64,000 bases of DNA, from the NCBI GenBank assembly GCA_021818905.1, contig JAKASS010000004.1, positions 25 to 64,024 on the forward strand, written 5' to 3'. This document shows, piece after piece, positions 20,457 through 30,576 of the stretch. Numbering within the stretch: the stretch's first letter is position 1; each line of letters starts with the position of its first letter. The translations under genes were made by a program, and so were the position numbers. Source of the DNA: Nanobdellota archaeon. Lineage in GTDB: Archaea; Nanobdellota; Nanobdellia; Parvarchaeales; Parvarchaeaceae. A model generated the notes under the pieces. It was not told where the DNA came from. It did not search any database and saw only the letters and a list, made by a program, of their open reading frames with translations.

Positions 20457-22259
20457 ATGGTCGATTTTGGCTGGATGACCGGCGGTAAACAGGGGGGCGG
20501 TATAGATTCTGCGCTGGGGCTGTTCTCAAGGATGCTGATGAAATATGGCTATTATACATACGGGTACCGTGAATACTTCTCGAACATAAAGGGGATGCAC
20601 AGTTTTTTTACCGTTAGAGTTTCCGATAAGAACGTGCGATCGCTTGGTTCCCTCGTTGATCTAGCAATCTTCTTTGACAATGAATCCGTTTTTGGCGAGA
20701 AAAATCCTTCAGGAGAAATAGTCCATGACGGACACATACGCGATATAAAACCAAATGGGATGATGATAGTCGATTCAAAGACTGACGTTTCAAAGATACC
20801 ACGAAAAGACATAAAAGTATTTCAGATGGATTTTGATTCGATAATAAACGATAGCGCAAAAGAAGTGGATGCAAAAGCTAGTGAATTAATGATATCTAAG
20901 AACGTGATATGCGTCGCAGCTTCTGCGCACCTTTGCGGGTTGCCTACCCAACAGATTGAAGAAACTTTAAGAGAGCTCTTTAGCAAGAAGTCCGAGGACG
21001 TAGTAAAGATGAACGTCACGGTCGCGGATAAAGCGATAAAATACGTAGACGATAAAAAAATACCGAAGCCGATAACATTACAGTTGTTACCAAAAAAAGA
21101 TTTGCTGTACATGGAAGGATTTGCAGCAAGCGCATTAGGAAAGGCGATAGCTGGTTGCAAGATGCAAGTTTATTATCCCATAACGCCGGCGAGCGACGAG
21201 AGCAATTTCATAGAAGTGCATCCAGAACTTGGGATACGTGTCATACAGCCTGAAAGCGAGTTAGCCGTAGTAGCTATGACAACTGGCGCGGCTTTGACTG
21301 GTGTTAGATCTTCTCTTTCTACTTCTGGACCTGGTTTATCTTTAATGGCAGAAACTACAACGTGGGCAGGGATAACCGAAACGCCTTTGGTCTTGGTAGA
21401 CCACCAGCGTGGCGCCCCAGCAACCGGACAGCCGACAAGAACGGAACAAGCCGATTTACTTTTTGCTACACATATCGGGCACGGAGATTATGGAAAGATA
21501 GTAGTTGCGCCCGGAAGCATCGAAGAATCTATAAGTGTTACCGCACTAGCTTTTAACTACGCTGAAAAATATCAGCTGCCGGTGATCGTCTTAGGGGAGA
21601 AAAATCTCTCTCAGGCTTCGGTCGGCATGGACAAGGCCGTTGTAAACAAAATAAGAGAGGATTACAGATTAGATAGAGGAAAACTTGTAAAAGAAGGCGG
21701 TGTGGGATATAAAAGGTATGCGTTCACGCCGGACAACGTCTCGCCTCGCGCAGTACTTGGCGATCCCACTACGATAATGTGGGCCACTGGAGACGAGCAC
21801 GACGAAAGGGGTCACATCTCAGAAGAGACTACAAACAGGAACAAGATGATGGAAAAAAGGACACAGAAAGATGGTCTTATTCTTTCACAGATCCCAAAAG
21901 AGGAAAAATTCAATCTATTCGGAGACCCGGCAAAAGCTGACTTATTGGTGGTCGGTTGGGGCGGGCCATCGATGGCTGTCATAGAAGCGCTCGGAAACGG
22001 AATGGCATTTTTACAGCTAAAATTGATAGAACCTTTACCAAACGAAGTCAAAGAACTACTTTCAAAGGCAAAGAGAGTCGTATGCATAGAGCAGAACATT
22101 GGCGGACAGCTAAGAGAACATATAGCCTCTAAGACTGGGATAGTCATACAAAATCAGATCCTGAAATACAACGGCAGGCCGATGAGATACGATGAAGTCA
22201 GAGACGGCCTCGCTAGAATAATGAAAGGCGAGAAGAGGGTGGTTTTAAATGCTTACTAA
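20457..22259 (+). CDS. korA: 2-oxoacid:ferredoxin oxidoreductase alpha subunit (fused gamma-alpha type)
   Basis: 600 aa. The N-terminal ~190 aa are gamma-like, followed by an alpha domain. It overlaps the beta subunit by 11 bp. Confidence 0.8.
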   Translation: MVDFGWMTGGKQGGGIDSALGLFSRMLMKYGYYTYGYREYFSNIKGMHSFFTVRVSDKNVRSLGSLVDLAIFFDNESVFGEKNPSGEIVHDGHIRDIKPNGMMIVDSKTDVSKIPRKDIKVFQMDFDSIINDSAKEVDAKASELMISKNVICVAASAHLCGLPTQQIEETLRELFSKKSEDVVKMNVTVADKAIKYVDDKKIPKPITLQLLPKKDLLYMEGFAASALGKAIAGCKMQVYYPITPASDESNFIEVHPELGIRVIQPESELAVVAMTTGAALTGVRSSLSTSGPGLSLMAETTTWAGITETPLVLVDHQRGAPATGQPTRTEQADLLFATHIGHGDYGKIVVAPGSIEESISVTALAFNYAEKYQLPVIVLGEKNLSQASVGMDKAVVNKIREDYRLDRGKLVKEGGVGYKRYAFTPDNVSPRAVLGDPTTIMWATGDEHDERGHISEETTNRNKMMEKRTQKDGLILSQIPKEEKFNLFGDPAKADLLVVGWGGPSMAVIEALGNGMAFLQLKLIEPLPNEVKELLSKAKRVVCIEQNIGGQLREHIASKTGIVIQNQILKYNGRPMRYDEVRDGLARIMKGEKRVVLNAY

Positions 22260-23217
22260 CATGAATGAGAAAAATATCGCTCCCGTCGTAACTCCACCAC
22301 TTACCTTAGCTAGTCTTACATCAGATGCAATAAATGATTGGTGTCCGGGCTGTGCTGACAGCGGCATAGTTTTAGCTTTAAAGAACGCGATAGTTGCCGC
22401 AGGTTTAGATCTAAAGAAAACTGTAAGCATCTCCGGCATAGGCTGTTCTTCTAAGCTTCCTCACTTGGTAAACGTAAATGGCGTCCATACCTTACATGGA
22501 AGACCCATCCCATTCGCAGAAGGAATAAAATTAGCTAATCCGGAACTAACCGTCATAATAGACAGCGGAGATGGCGACACTTATGGAATAGGCGCGGGCC
22601 ATTTCGTAAGCGCTGGTAGACGAAATGTGAATATAAAATTATTTGTACATAACAATGGAGTCTATGCATTGACTAAAGGACAAGCAAGCCCGACTTTACC
22701 GGAAGGAAGGAAAGTAAAAGGGATCCCCGAACCGAACATAAACGGCGCTTTGAGTCCTCTGGCTATTGCTATCCTTGCCGGTTATACGTTTGTCGGAAGA
22801 ACTCAGGGTTACAATCTGAAGGAGCAGACCGACCTGATGGTAAAAGCAATAAAACACAAAGGTCTTGCGCTTCTCGATATACAGCAAGGTTGTCCTACCT
22901 ACAACCCAGAGTTTACGAATGCTGCTTGGTTTTCTCAACATCTTCACCCCCTACCAAGTGATTATAATGGGGTAGTAAGCAACCCGACAGACATGGATGA
23001 AGTAAACAAAAAGAAACTGCAAGCGATCAATACGCTTCTAAACGAGACTACAGAAAGTCTTAATACCGGGGTCTTCTTCCAGTGGGAAAACGCTGACACT
23101 TTTGAGGATAGATTAATAAAAAGAGGAATAAAGCCGCCTCTGACTCAAGTGATAAGCGACAAAGACGGCAAATCTACTATAGACTTAAGTAAAGTCTTTG
23201 AAGAGCTTTCAGTGTAA
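22249..23217 (+). CDS. korB: 2-oxoacid:ferredoxin oxidoreductase beta subunit (TPP-binding)
   Basis: 322 aa. TPP-binding 'GDGDTYGIGAGHF...NNGVYALTKGQ' and an N-terminal Cys cluster 'CPGCADSG'. Confidence 0.85.
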   Translation: MLTNMNEKNIAPVVTPPLTLASLTSDAINDWCPGCADSGIVLALKNAIVAAGLDLKKTVSISGIGCSSKLPHLVNVNGVHTLHGRPIPFAEGIKLANPELTVIIDSGDGDTYGIGAGHFVSAGRRNVNIKLFVHNNGVYALTKGQASPTLPEGRKVKGIPEPNINGALSPLAIAILAGYTFVGRTQGYNLKEQTDLMVKAIKHKGLALLDIQQGCPTYNPEFTNAAWFSQHLHPLPSDYNGVVSNPTDMDEVNKKKLQAINTLLNETTESLNTGVFFQWENADTFEDRLIKRGIKPPLTQVISDKDGKSTIDLSKVFEELSV

Positions 23218-23243
23218 AGGAAAGATAATATCGAGGAGGGATT

Positions 23244-24398
23244 ATGAACGGCAATGAAGTGAAGATAAGCATTGGATTAGAAGGGATTTACATAGCGGAG
23301 ACTAAGGTCTGTAAAATAGACGGCATTGCCGGCAAGCTCTGGTACAGGGGTTATCCGATAGAGAGCTTAGCCGCCGACTCAAGTTTTGAGGAAGTCGCTT
23401 ACCTCCTTCTTTATGGTTCACTTCCGAAGAAAACGGAACTTGACTCTTTTGCCGAACAGCTCAAAAAAGAGAGAGATATTTCTGATAATATAAAAATGAT
23501 AATAAAGAGCCTCGCACAAAAATCCCACCCTATGGACGTACTTAGAACCGCGGTATCTGCTCTATCGTCGGAAGACCCAGAACTGACTGATAATTCTCCT
23601 GAAGCCAATCTTAGAAAGGCGGTCCGGCTTACGGCAAAGATGACGACTATTGTGGCCGCGATAGGAAGGATGCGTGCTGGAAAGGATTACATTAAGCCAG
23701 ATAATAGCCTGGGGCATGCCGAAAACTTCATGTACATGCTTAGTGGTTCAAAACCAAATAAAGAGGTAGCAAAATTCATAGACCTGATGCTAGTACTGCA
23801 CGCCGAACATGGGACAAATGCGTCCACGTTTTCTACGATGGTGACCGGCTCTACGCTTGCAGATCTATACGCCGCGATCACGTCGGGAATATGCGCTTTA
23901 AAGGGCCCGCTCCATGGCGGAGCAGACGAAGCGGCGCTTAAGATGATGCGGACGATCGGGGACCCGGCTAATACGGAGAAGTACATAGAGGACGCTCTCG
24001 CTGGAAAGCAAAAGATAATGGGCTTCGGCCACAGAGTATACAAAACTTACGATCCGCGGGCAAAAATACTACGTTCATGGTTCACAGACATCGGGTCTAA
24101 ATCGTCTGGAGAAGTGAAAACCCTTACTGAAACCGCGCTTAGGGCCGAGAAGATGATGATAGAAAGACTCGGCGCTTCCCATGGGATATGGCCGAACATA
24201 GATTTTTTCTCTGGGCCACTTTACATATGGGCAGGCGTGCCGGCCGAACTTTTCACTCCGATTTTTGCCGCTGCAAGAGTGACTGGCTGGTCCGCTCACA
24301 TGCTGGAATATTGGCCTAACAATAAGATTTTTAGACCTTTGGATCACTATACTGGCCAATTAGATCTAAAGTATATAAACATAAATGACAGAAAATAA
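23244..24398 (+). CDS. gltA: Citrate synthase
   Basis: 384 aa. Matches the citrate synthase signature region 'GFGHRVYKTYDPRA' and 'HAEHGTNASTF'. Confidence 0.9.
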   Translation: MNGNEVKISIGLEGIYIAETKVCKIDGIAGKLWYRGYPIESLAADSSFEEVAYLLLYGSLPKKTELDSFAEQLKKERDISDNIKMIIKSLAQKSHPMDVLRTAVSALSSEDPELTDNSPEANLRKAVRLTAKMTTIVAAIGRMRAGKDYIKPDNSLGHAENFMYMLSGSKPNKEVAKFIDLMLVLHAEHGTNASTFSTMVTGSTLADLYAAITSGICALKGPLHGGADEAALKMMRTIGDPANTEKYIEDALAGKQKIMGFGHRVYKTYDPRAKILRSWFTDIGSKSSGEVKTLTETALRAEKMMIERLGASHGIWPNIDFFSGPLYIWAGVPAELFTPIFAAARVTGWSAHMLEYWPNNKIFRPLDHYTGQLDLKYININDRK

Positions 24399-24475
24399 AA
24401 ACGGACCATTTACGTTTTGCTACACGAGGCCAATCGCGTTTTAAGGCATAAATATCCAAAGATCAATATGATAAT

Positions 24476-24571
24476 ATGAAAAAAACGTCTAAGAAAAGAG
24501 CTGTCAACTGCACTTGCAAATGTTGCAAACATCCCGACACCAAGTGTGACTGCAGCTGCGGTTGTTGCTGA
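24476..24571 (+). CDS. Very small Cys-rich ORF (MKKTSKKRAVNCTCKCCKHPDTKCDCSCGCC), possible metal-binding peptide
   Basis: 31 codons, 12 of them Cys, between citrate synthase and DNA ligase. It is below the ORF-track size cut-off. Speculative. Confidence 0.2.
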   Translation: MKKTSKKRAVNCTCKCCKHPDTKCDCSCGCC

Positions 24572-24649
24572 TCGACGCTGAAATATTTTTAGCTGCCGGT
24601 TTCTATCGATAAGCATTAGTTATAAATCCGCTAGAAAACTATTGATTCT

Positions 24650-26377
24650 ATGAGGTTCGAAGAACTTAGCCGATACCTATTAAGATTGGAGTCTACAAGC
24701 AAAAGACTTGAGATGTTTGACATACTTTCTGATGCCTTTTCAAAGGCCGATAAAAAGGACATAGCCAAGACCGTATACCTTATGCAGGAGGAGCTTATGC
24801 CGCCTTTCTTTAATGTCCAATTAGGCATCGCGGACAGAATGGTGGAAAAAGCCATAGCAGACGCTTATGGCGTTGATCTAGAAACCGTAAAATCGTCAAA
24901 TAAAAAGTTGGGCGACCTCGGTGAGGTAGCCGAAAAATACGGCAAAGGCGCGGAAAAATCGAGGCTAACGGTTTCCGAGGTCTACGACAGAATATTCAAA
25001 CTATCGCAGATGTCCGGCGAAGGCAGCGTTGAGACAAAGATAAATTCCCTTTCAGACCTGTTGAAAGAATGCTCCCAACTCGAAGCAAAATATATAATAA
25101 GGTTCGTGATGGGCAAGCTAAGACTTGGCGTAGGGGAAGCCACCATAATGGAAGCGCTATCAAAAGCAAAGACAAACGATAGAAGATTCAAGGCGGAACT
25201 GGAACGGGCGTTCAACCTTTGTTCTGACCTTGGGTATGTAGCCGAGGTATTTTATGATAAGGGTGAAGGGGGCATTAAAAAATTCCAGATAGAAGTCATG
25301 AGACCGATAAGACCCGCGTTGGCGGAGCGGCTTGGAAGCGCCGAGGAGATAATAGACAAACTGGGCAGATGCGCCATAGACCAAAAATTTGACGGCTTTA
25401 GGTCGCAGGTGCACAAAAACGGCGACGAGGTCAAGGTATTTTCCAGAAACCTTGAGGACATAACCCATTTTATGCCGGAGATAGTCTCTGCGGTCAGAAA
25501 ATTAAAACACGAGAAACTGATATTCGACAGCGAAGCACTTACTTACGATGAGGATACAAACACATTATATCCGTTTCAGATAACTATACAGCGAAAAAGA
25601 AAACACGGTATAGCAGAGATATCGGAGAGTTACCCACTTCGGCTATTCGTATTCGACCTAATGCTCATCGATGATGAAAGCCTTATGAACAAGCCATACA
25701 AAGAACGGCGAGCAAGAATAGACGAGATATTCAAAGATGGAGAAACCATCTCTAAGTCAAAAATAATAATAACGGACGACCCAAAGGAACTTACAAAGTT
25801 CTTTGAAGAAACGATAGGCTCTGGGCTAGAGGGGGTAGTCGCTAAGAAGCTTGATGGAATTTATTCCGCTGGCGCAAGAAACTTCAATTGGATAAAAATA
25901 AAAAGATCATACAAATCCCAACTTAATGACACGATCGATATCGTGATATTGGGTTATTTCAAAGGGCGGGGAATGAGGGCGGACTTCGGGATAGGCGCGG
26001 TTCTCGGCGGAGTATATAACAAAGCCAAAGACACTTTCGAGACTATAACAAAGGTCGGCTCTGGCTTCTCTGAGGAACAATTTAAGATTCTCAGAAAAAT
26101 GCTTGACCAGATAAAAGTCCCACATAAACCGGCAAGGGTAGATTCTATAATGATCCCAGATGTATGGGTAGACCCAAAATATGTAATAACAGTAAAGGCG
26201 GATGAAATAACTAGAAGTCCTACGCATACGTGTGATATGAAAAATGGAGTTGGCTATGCGCTTAGGTTCCCTAGAGCTGTCATGTTCATAAGGGGGGACA
26301 AAAGTGCCGCAGATGCAAATACGTCTAAAGAGATAGTAGAAATGTTTAATAACCAGAAGAAGGTTGAATTAAGATAA
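24650..26377 (+). CDS. lig: ATP-dependent DNA ligase
   Basis: 575 aa. Motif I 'QKFDGFR' (KxDGxR) is present, and the C-terminal OB-fold region is included. Confidence 0.9.
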   Translation: MRFEELSRYLLRLESTSKRLEMFDILSDAFSKADKKDIAKTVYLMQEELMPPFFNVQLGIADRMVEKAIADAYGVDLETVKSSNKKLGDLGEVAEKYGKGAEKSRLTVSEVYDRIFKLSQMSGEGSVETKINSLSDLLKECSQLEAKYIIRFVMGKLRLGVGEATIMEALSKAKTNDRRFKAELERAFNLCSDLGYVAEVFYDKGEGGIKKFQIEVMRPIRPALAERLGSAEEIIDKLGRCAIDQKFDGFRSQVHKNGDEVKVFSRNLEDITHFMPEIVSAVRKLKHEKLIFDSEALTYDEDTNTLYPFQITIQRKRKHGIAEISESYPLRLFVFDLMLIDDESLMNKPYKERRARIDEIFKDGETISKSKIIITDDPKELTKFFEETIGSGLEGVVAKKLDGIYSAGARNFNWIKIKRSYKSQLNDTIDIVILGYFKGRGMRADFGIGAVLGGVYNKAKDTFETITKVGSGFSEEQFKILRKMLDQIKVPHKPARVDSIMIPDVWVDPKYVITVKADEITRSPTHTCDMKNGVGYALRFPRAVMFIRGDKSAADANTSKEIVEMFNNQKKVELR

Positions 26378-26378
26378 T

Positions 26379-27230
26379 ATGTTACTTTACGAAGGAAAAG
26401 ATTCTTTTTTAGAAGAGATTGTAGACTTCAAAAAAGCTAAATATGTCCTGCTCCCTGTTCCGATGGACATAACAACAACATACCTTAAGGGCACAAAGTT
26501 CGGTCCTAGGTCTATTATAGAAGCCTCCAGGTCGCTCGAAAATTATGACAGCGAACTTGATTTTGAAGTCAAGGACGTTATTTTTACTTCCGGTGAATTG
26601 GAGATACCGCCGGATGCTACCAAGGCCATCGATGTAATAAAAAGCACCGTATCCGATGTGCTTCTCGAAAAGAAATTCCCAGTACTAGTCGGTGGAGAGC
26701 ACACTATAACATATGGCGCATCGCTAGCTTTTGGCGAGGATGTTGTTTTTGTGATATTTGATGCGCATGCCGATTTCAAAAAAGACGTGCTTGGTTCTCC
26801 TATCAACCATGCAAGCAACTCAAGACTAATAAACAAAAGAAATAAGGTCATACTTGTAGGTACAAGAAGCCTAAGCCAAGAAGATAAAAAAGACTTAGAG
26901 AAGAGCAAGATACCGATTTTCCGGGCGCAGGACTACGGCGGATTAAAAACTAATTTGAGCGAGCTCAAAAATTTGATAAAAGACAAAAGGGTATACATAA
27001 GCATAGATATGGATGTATTTGATCCTTCTCTTGTTCCTGGTGTCGGCACACCGCAACCAGGCGGAATTCTTTATGAAACGATGTTGGATTATCTTAAGGT
27101 CATCATCGGGTCTGGGGACCTGGTAGGTTTTGACGTAAACGAGGTAAGACCACTCGGTGAAAACAACGTAACCGAGATACTTGCAGCGAAACTGATCGTT
27201 GATTTAATAGCGCTAAGAGAAACGAATTAA
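26379..27230 (+). CDS. speB: Agmatinase / arginase-family ureohydrolase
   Basis: 283 aa. Mn-binding motifs 'FDAHADF', 'SIDMDVFDPSLVPGVGTPQPGG' and 'GGEHTIT'. Confidence 0.8.
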   Translation: MLLYEGKDSFLEEIVDFKKAKYVLLPVPMDITTTYLKGTKFGPRSIIEASRSLENYDSELDFEVKDVIFTSGELEIPPDATKAIDVIKSTVSDVLLEKKFPVLVGGEHTITYGASLAFGEDVVFVIFDAHADFKKDVLGSPINHASNSRLINKRNKVILVGTRSLSQEDKKDLEKSKIPIFRAQDYGGLKTNLSELKNLIKDKRVYISIDMDVFDPSLVPGVGTPQPGGILYETMLDYLKVIIGSGDLVGFDVNEVRPLGENNVTEILAAKLIVDLIALRETN

Positions 27231-27238
27231 ATTTCGAT

Positions 27239-27904
27239 CTATTCTATGTGCTTGTTTTCTGATTTGACTTCCCTATAATCTTTCATTATCTCTTTATATC
27301 CTACTAGATCGCCTTTAGAATCTCTAACGTCTTCAAGTTCAGTGCGGTATGGCGTGTCGTAGCAATCACCGGATTTCCTTATTTGTATGGCTTCGTAAGC
27401 TGTGTTTACCCTTCTCTTGTATTCGTCTTTTATGTCAAACAAAGACCCGACCATCCCATTCAAAACATAAGTTAATTTTTCATCTCTTTTCCCTCTGTTT
27501 ATTTCAAGCGCTGCTCTTTCTAGTGCGCCTACTGTTTGAGCATATAGCCAGTACCTAAACTCCTCCTTCCATGCGCCTTTTTGCACCATCTTTCTTGGTA
27601 CTAGTTGTATAAGCCGTGTTATAGAATAATTCATTTCGCCAAGCCAGGGCGGCCTGTGATCATGCCCTTTTGCAACCTCGAACATCTCATCGGCAAGCGC
27701 TTTCGCCTTTGTGTCTAACTTAGGTTTCTTATTATTTAACTCTAAATCATATAAGGTGTCAAATATCTCGAGTATGCTTTTTTCGTAGAATGTGGCTATC
27801 TCACCTGTCCCCTTTATCTTTACAAGAGCATCAGAAATTTCTTCTGCCAGGTCGTTTACCCTTCTGTCAAGAGCTGGCCTGTCTTTTTCTGGTATATACG
27901 GCAT
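27239..27904 (-). CDS. Hypothetical protein
   Basis: 221-aa ORF with no recognised motif. Confidence 0.4.
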   Translation of the reverse strand: MPYIPEKDRPALDRRVNDLAEEISDALVKIKGTGEIATFYEKSILEIFDTLYDLELNNKKPKLDTKAKALADEMFEVAKGHDHRPPWLGEMNYSITRLIQLVPRKMVQKGAWKEEFRYWLYAQTVGALERAALEINRGKRDEKLTYVLNGMVGSLFDIKDEYKRRVNTAYEAIQIRKSGDCYDTPYRTELEDVRDSKGDLVGYKEIMKDYREVKSENKHIE

Positions 27905-27988
27905 ATTATTATTTGATTATACGTTTGAAGTTATTAAAGTTTTGCGGCTCCGACCTTATTTATAAATTTGTGCTAGCTTAGTAAGAAA

Positions 27989-28463
27989 TTACTTGGACTC
28001 TTTAATATAAGCAAAAAACGTATCTATCGCGGTCTTTGCTTCATCTAAAGTAGGGTACTCTGCAATTTCAAGGCCATCAAAGCCGGCTATCATAGCGGAT
28101 AATTTTTTATCGCTTTGAAGCCTATACAAACACGGGGTTCTTTTTCTTTTGTTTTTGCGGCAGCGATAAATTCTTCTCTACTATCCTGCCTAATTCGTAT
28201 CCCCCCAGACTTGCCTTTGTGACCTCCACGATAACGATATTAGATTCGTATGGCCATTTTATGTCCCTTTCGTGAATCTGCGGATCTGTGAGTCCCCCTT
28301 CATTGCCGGCTGCGGATACGTTTATGTCGCCTACATTTTCGGTTAGTGCCTCCCATATTTACTCGGATAATCTATGATCCTGTGATAAATCTCAACGTCT
28401 TCCCTGCCGCCCCTAATAGAACCAGAAAAATATATTTTGTCCATTAAATTCTACCCACTTAAG
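27989..28463 (-). pseudogene. 2'-deoxynucleoside 5'-phosphate N-hydrolase (DNPH1/Rcl-like, nucleoside 2-deoxyribosyltransferase superfamily), disrupted by at least 2 frameshifts
   Basis: Three consecutive minus-strand frames read 'MDKIYFSGSIRGGREDVEIYHRIIDYPSKYG', then 'EVLTENVGD...DPQIHERDIKWPYESNIVIVEVTKASLGGYELGRIVEKN', then 'KKLSAMIAGFDGLEIAEYPTLDEAKTAIDTFF'. These are collinear with DNPH1/Rcl (YFCGSIRGGRED...VLTEHVA...GYELGRA...LSAMI). The frame breaks sit at homopolymer tracts. No single long ORF exists. Confidence 0.55.
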
Positions 28464-30576
28464 TAAGATGCGTTGCGCCGAGCACAAGCCCGCCGACCGA
28501 TGAGAATACGAGTGTAACTATAAATGCGAGCACCATGTAAAGCGCCATTGATATCAGAAGGATAGACGCGATGTTTTCCCTAAGCACTATCTTGTCTCCT
28601 GGCTGTGATATATTTGATATCGCGTAAGCGATTATGATACTAAGAGTTATAAGATAAACCCCTATTATCAACTGGAAAGTGTAAAGTGGTATCTGGCCAC
28701 CGCTTAGGTTGAAGAGACTAAAAGCGAAGGGGACTACCGATGCTACCCCGCCTACGCTGCTGTTTGCTCCACCACTTACGCTCGTCTGAACGGTACTTAT
28801 CGTTCCAGCGAGCGACCTCAATACGGTTCCGATGAGCGTCGTTAGACCGACGACTATCCCAGCCATGACTGGACTAAGCAGCCCGACTTCTACTCTCATA
28901 CCCGAAGTAACCTCCTCAAGAAGAGATTTTACCTGACCGTCTATCCTGCGTAGATTAGATAGGTGTTTAGATATGTAAAGTGTAGCTGCCGACGCATTCG
29001 CCACGCTTTTCTTTGCAGATTCTATAAATACTCTTATCCCCGCTATGACCATAGGAGACGGGAAATACCTTGTTGAACCGTTGACAGCATTGAAGAAGGC
29101 TTCCTTAAGTGACATTCCCAAATTTCTTATGTTATTGACAGTAACGGCAAAGAAATCTGACATCGGGGTGTTCTTCATCGTCTCGCTTACTTTTATTATA
29201 GTTGTTTCTGGCGGGAATCCCTGCGAAAGGAATGAACCCATCTGGAACATGGCACTGCCAAAAGAATTCTGTACTCTCATCAACTCGTCTTCAGTTTCCC
29301 TTAGCTGTATAACCGACAATTTAAAGTAAACGGCGATAGAGAAACCTATCCCGGCGGTTATGAGCAGTGAAACGTATATCTGCGTAGGCCCGAAAACCAA
29401 AAGATAAGGTGAAAGAAGCACGACTATAGCCATAAAAAATATCAAGACGGCCGCGGCTGGGATCAGTGCGCTCATCGTTATTTTCTTGTTTCCTATTTTA
29501 AGGAAAAAGTTCCCCATTTTAGGCAGGCCTGGGACTAAGCTCAGGTCCGGCGGAGCAAATCCAGCCGGTCTGGCTAACAGCCTTTCTCTTATAAGGAAGT
29601 AAACTATCAAAGGTAAACCAACGTCGTACATAAGCGCCAGCAATACGCCAAAGTCTGGTATCGAAACAAAGGCCATCAGCATCGGTGCTAGAACAAGACC
29701 TAGTACGGGTAATACCATCCCAAGCATGTAGACCGTGTTAAGCGGCTCTTTCAGCGTAGATGCATATTCTGTCATAGATTCGAAAGTGCCGCTTAATATC
29801 CTCTGTGAGGCTTCATCCAATAATGCTAGCCTGCCTTCTTCGCTTTCCTGATATACGGAGCTTTCTACAAGGAAAAGGGCATCTGTAAATGCGGGGCTGG
29901 ACTTGGCCCATCTCAAAGAATAATCATCGAGGGCTTCTTTTGTATTAGTATATTTTCTCGCCGCTGTATCCCAGATCAATTTTTTGAGATCGAATGAAAG
30001 GTAGGTGTTCAGATTATCCGACGCAAATTGTATCGCGCCTTCTAAGTTTGGGGTCTGTCTCATGTAAATCACAAGATAAAGTATCAAGGTAACAAGGTCG
30101 CTGGAAGACTTACTCAGTCTGACCATCATCTGTTGTTTTGGATAATATTGCACCCAAAAGAAACCTATGACTCCTAAAAATATTATCATCAGACCACCAA
30201 GCAACTGGCCTAGGACCATTAATGCTACTCCGAGCAGAAAACCGACTAGTATGAGAAATATCCCAAAGCCGTAAAGCTGCTTTGCATCGAAATCGAAACC
30301 TAGGAGATAAAGAAGGGTATTAGTCTTTTTCTCTGCGTCCTTATTTATGCTGAACTGGAACAGCTTGCCTACGGTGGAAGAGCCAAAAACTATCAGTTTC
30401 GATAGAAAAGACGGATTCTTTTCTTTGAACACTTTGTACTCTATCGATTTTAGGTCGTTCCTTATTTCTTCATCTTTACTGTATAGCTCTTTTGGCACGA
30501 GCTCGACGCTAGTGTAATATTTCTCTATAAAATCCTTTGGGAGAGGATTTACAGTCACTTTCTTCCTTTCATCCAT
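28459..30576 (-). CDS. Polytopic membrane platform protein of a type IV pilus/archaellum-like system (FlaJ/TadC/GspF-like)
   Basis: 705 aa with two clusters of TM helices. It lies immediately downstream of the secretion ATPase and overlaps it by 22 bp. The family call rests on context and topology. Confidence 0.6.
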   Translation of the reverse strand: MDERKKVTVNPLPKDFIEKYYTSVELVPKELYSKDEEIRNDLKSIEYKVFKEKNPSFLSKLIVFGSSTVGKLFQFSINKDAEKKTNTLLYLLGFDFDAKQLYGFGIFLILVGFLLGVALMVLGQLLGGLMIIFLGVIGFFWVQYYPKQQMMVRLSKSSSDLVTLILYLVIYMRQTPNLEGAIQFASDNLNTYLSFDLKKLIWDTAARKYTNTKEALDDYSLRWAKSSPAFTDALFLVESSVYQESEEGRLALLDEASQRILSGTFESMTEYASTLKEPLNTVYMLGMVLPVLGLVLAPMLMAFVSIPDFGVLLALMYDVGLPLIVYFLIRERLLARPAGFAPPDLSLVPGLPKMGNFFLKIGNKKITMSALIPAAAVLIFFMAIVVLLSPYLLVFGPTQIYVSLLITAGIGFSIAVYFKLSVIQLRETEDELMRVQNSFGSAMFQMGSFLSQGFPPETTIIKVSETMKNTPMSDFFAVTVNNIRNLGMSLKEAFFNAVNGSTRYFPSPMVIAGIRVFIESAKKSVANASAATLYISKHLSNLRRIDGQVKSLLEEVTSGMRVEVGLLSPVMAGIVVGLTTLIGTVLRSLAGTISTVQTSVSGGANSSVGGVASVVPFAFSLFNLSGGQIPLYTFQLIIGVYLITLSIIIAYAISNISQPGDKIVLRENIASILLISMALYMVLAFIVTLVFSSVGGLVLGATHLT

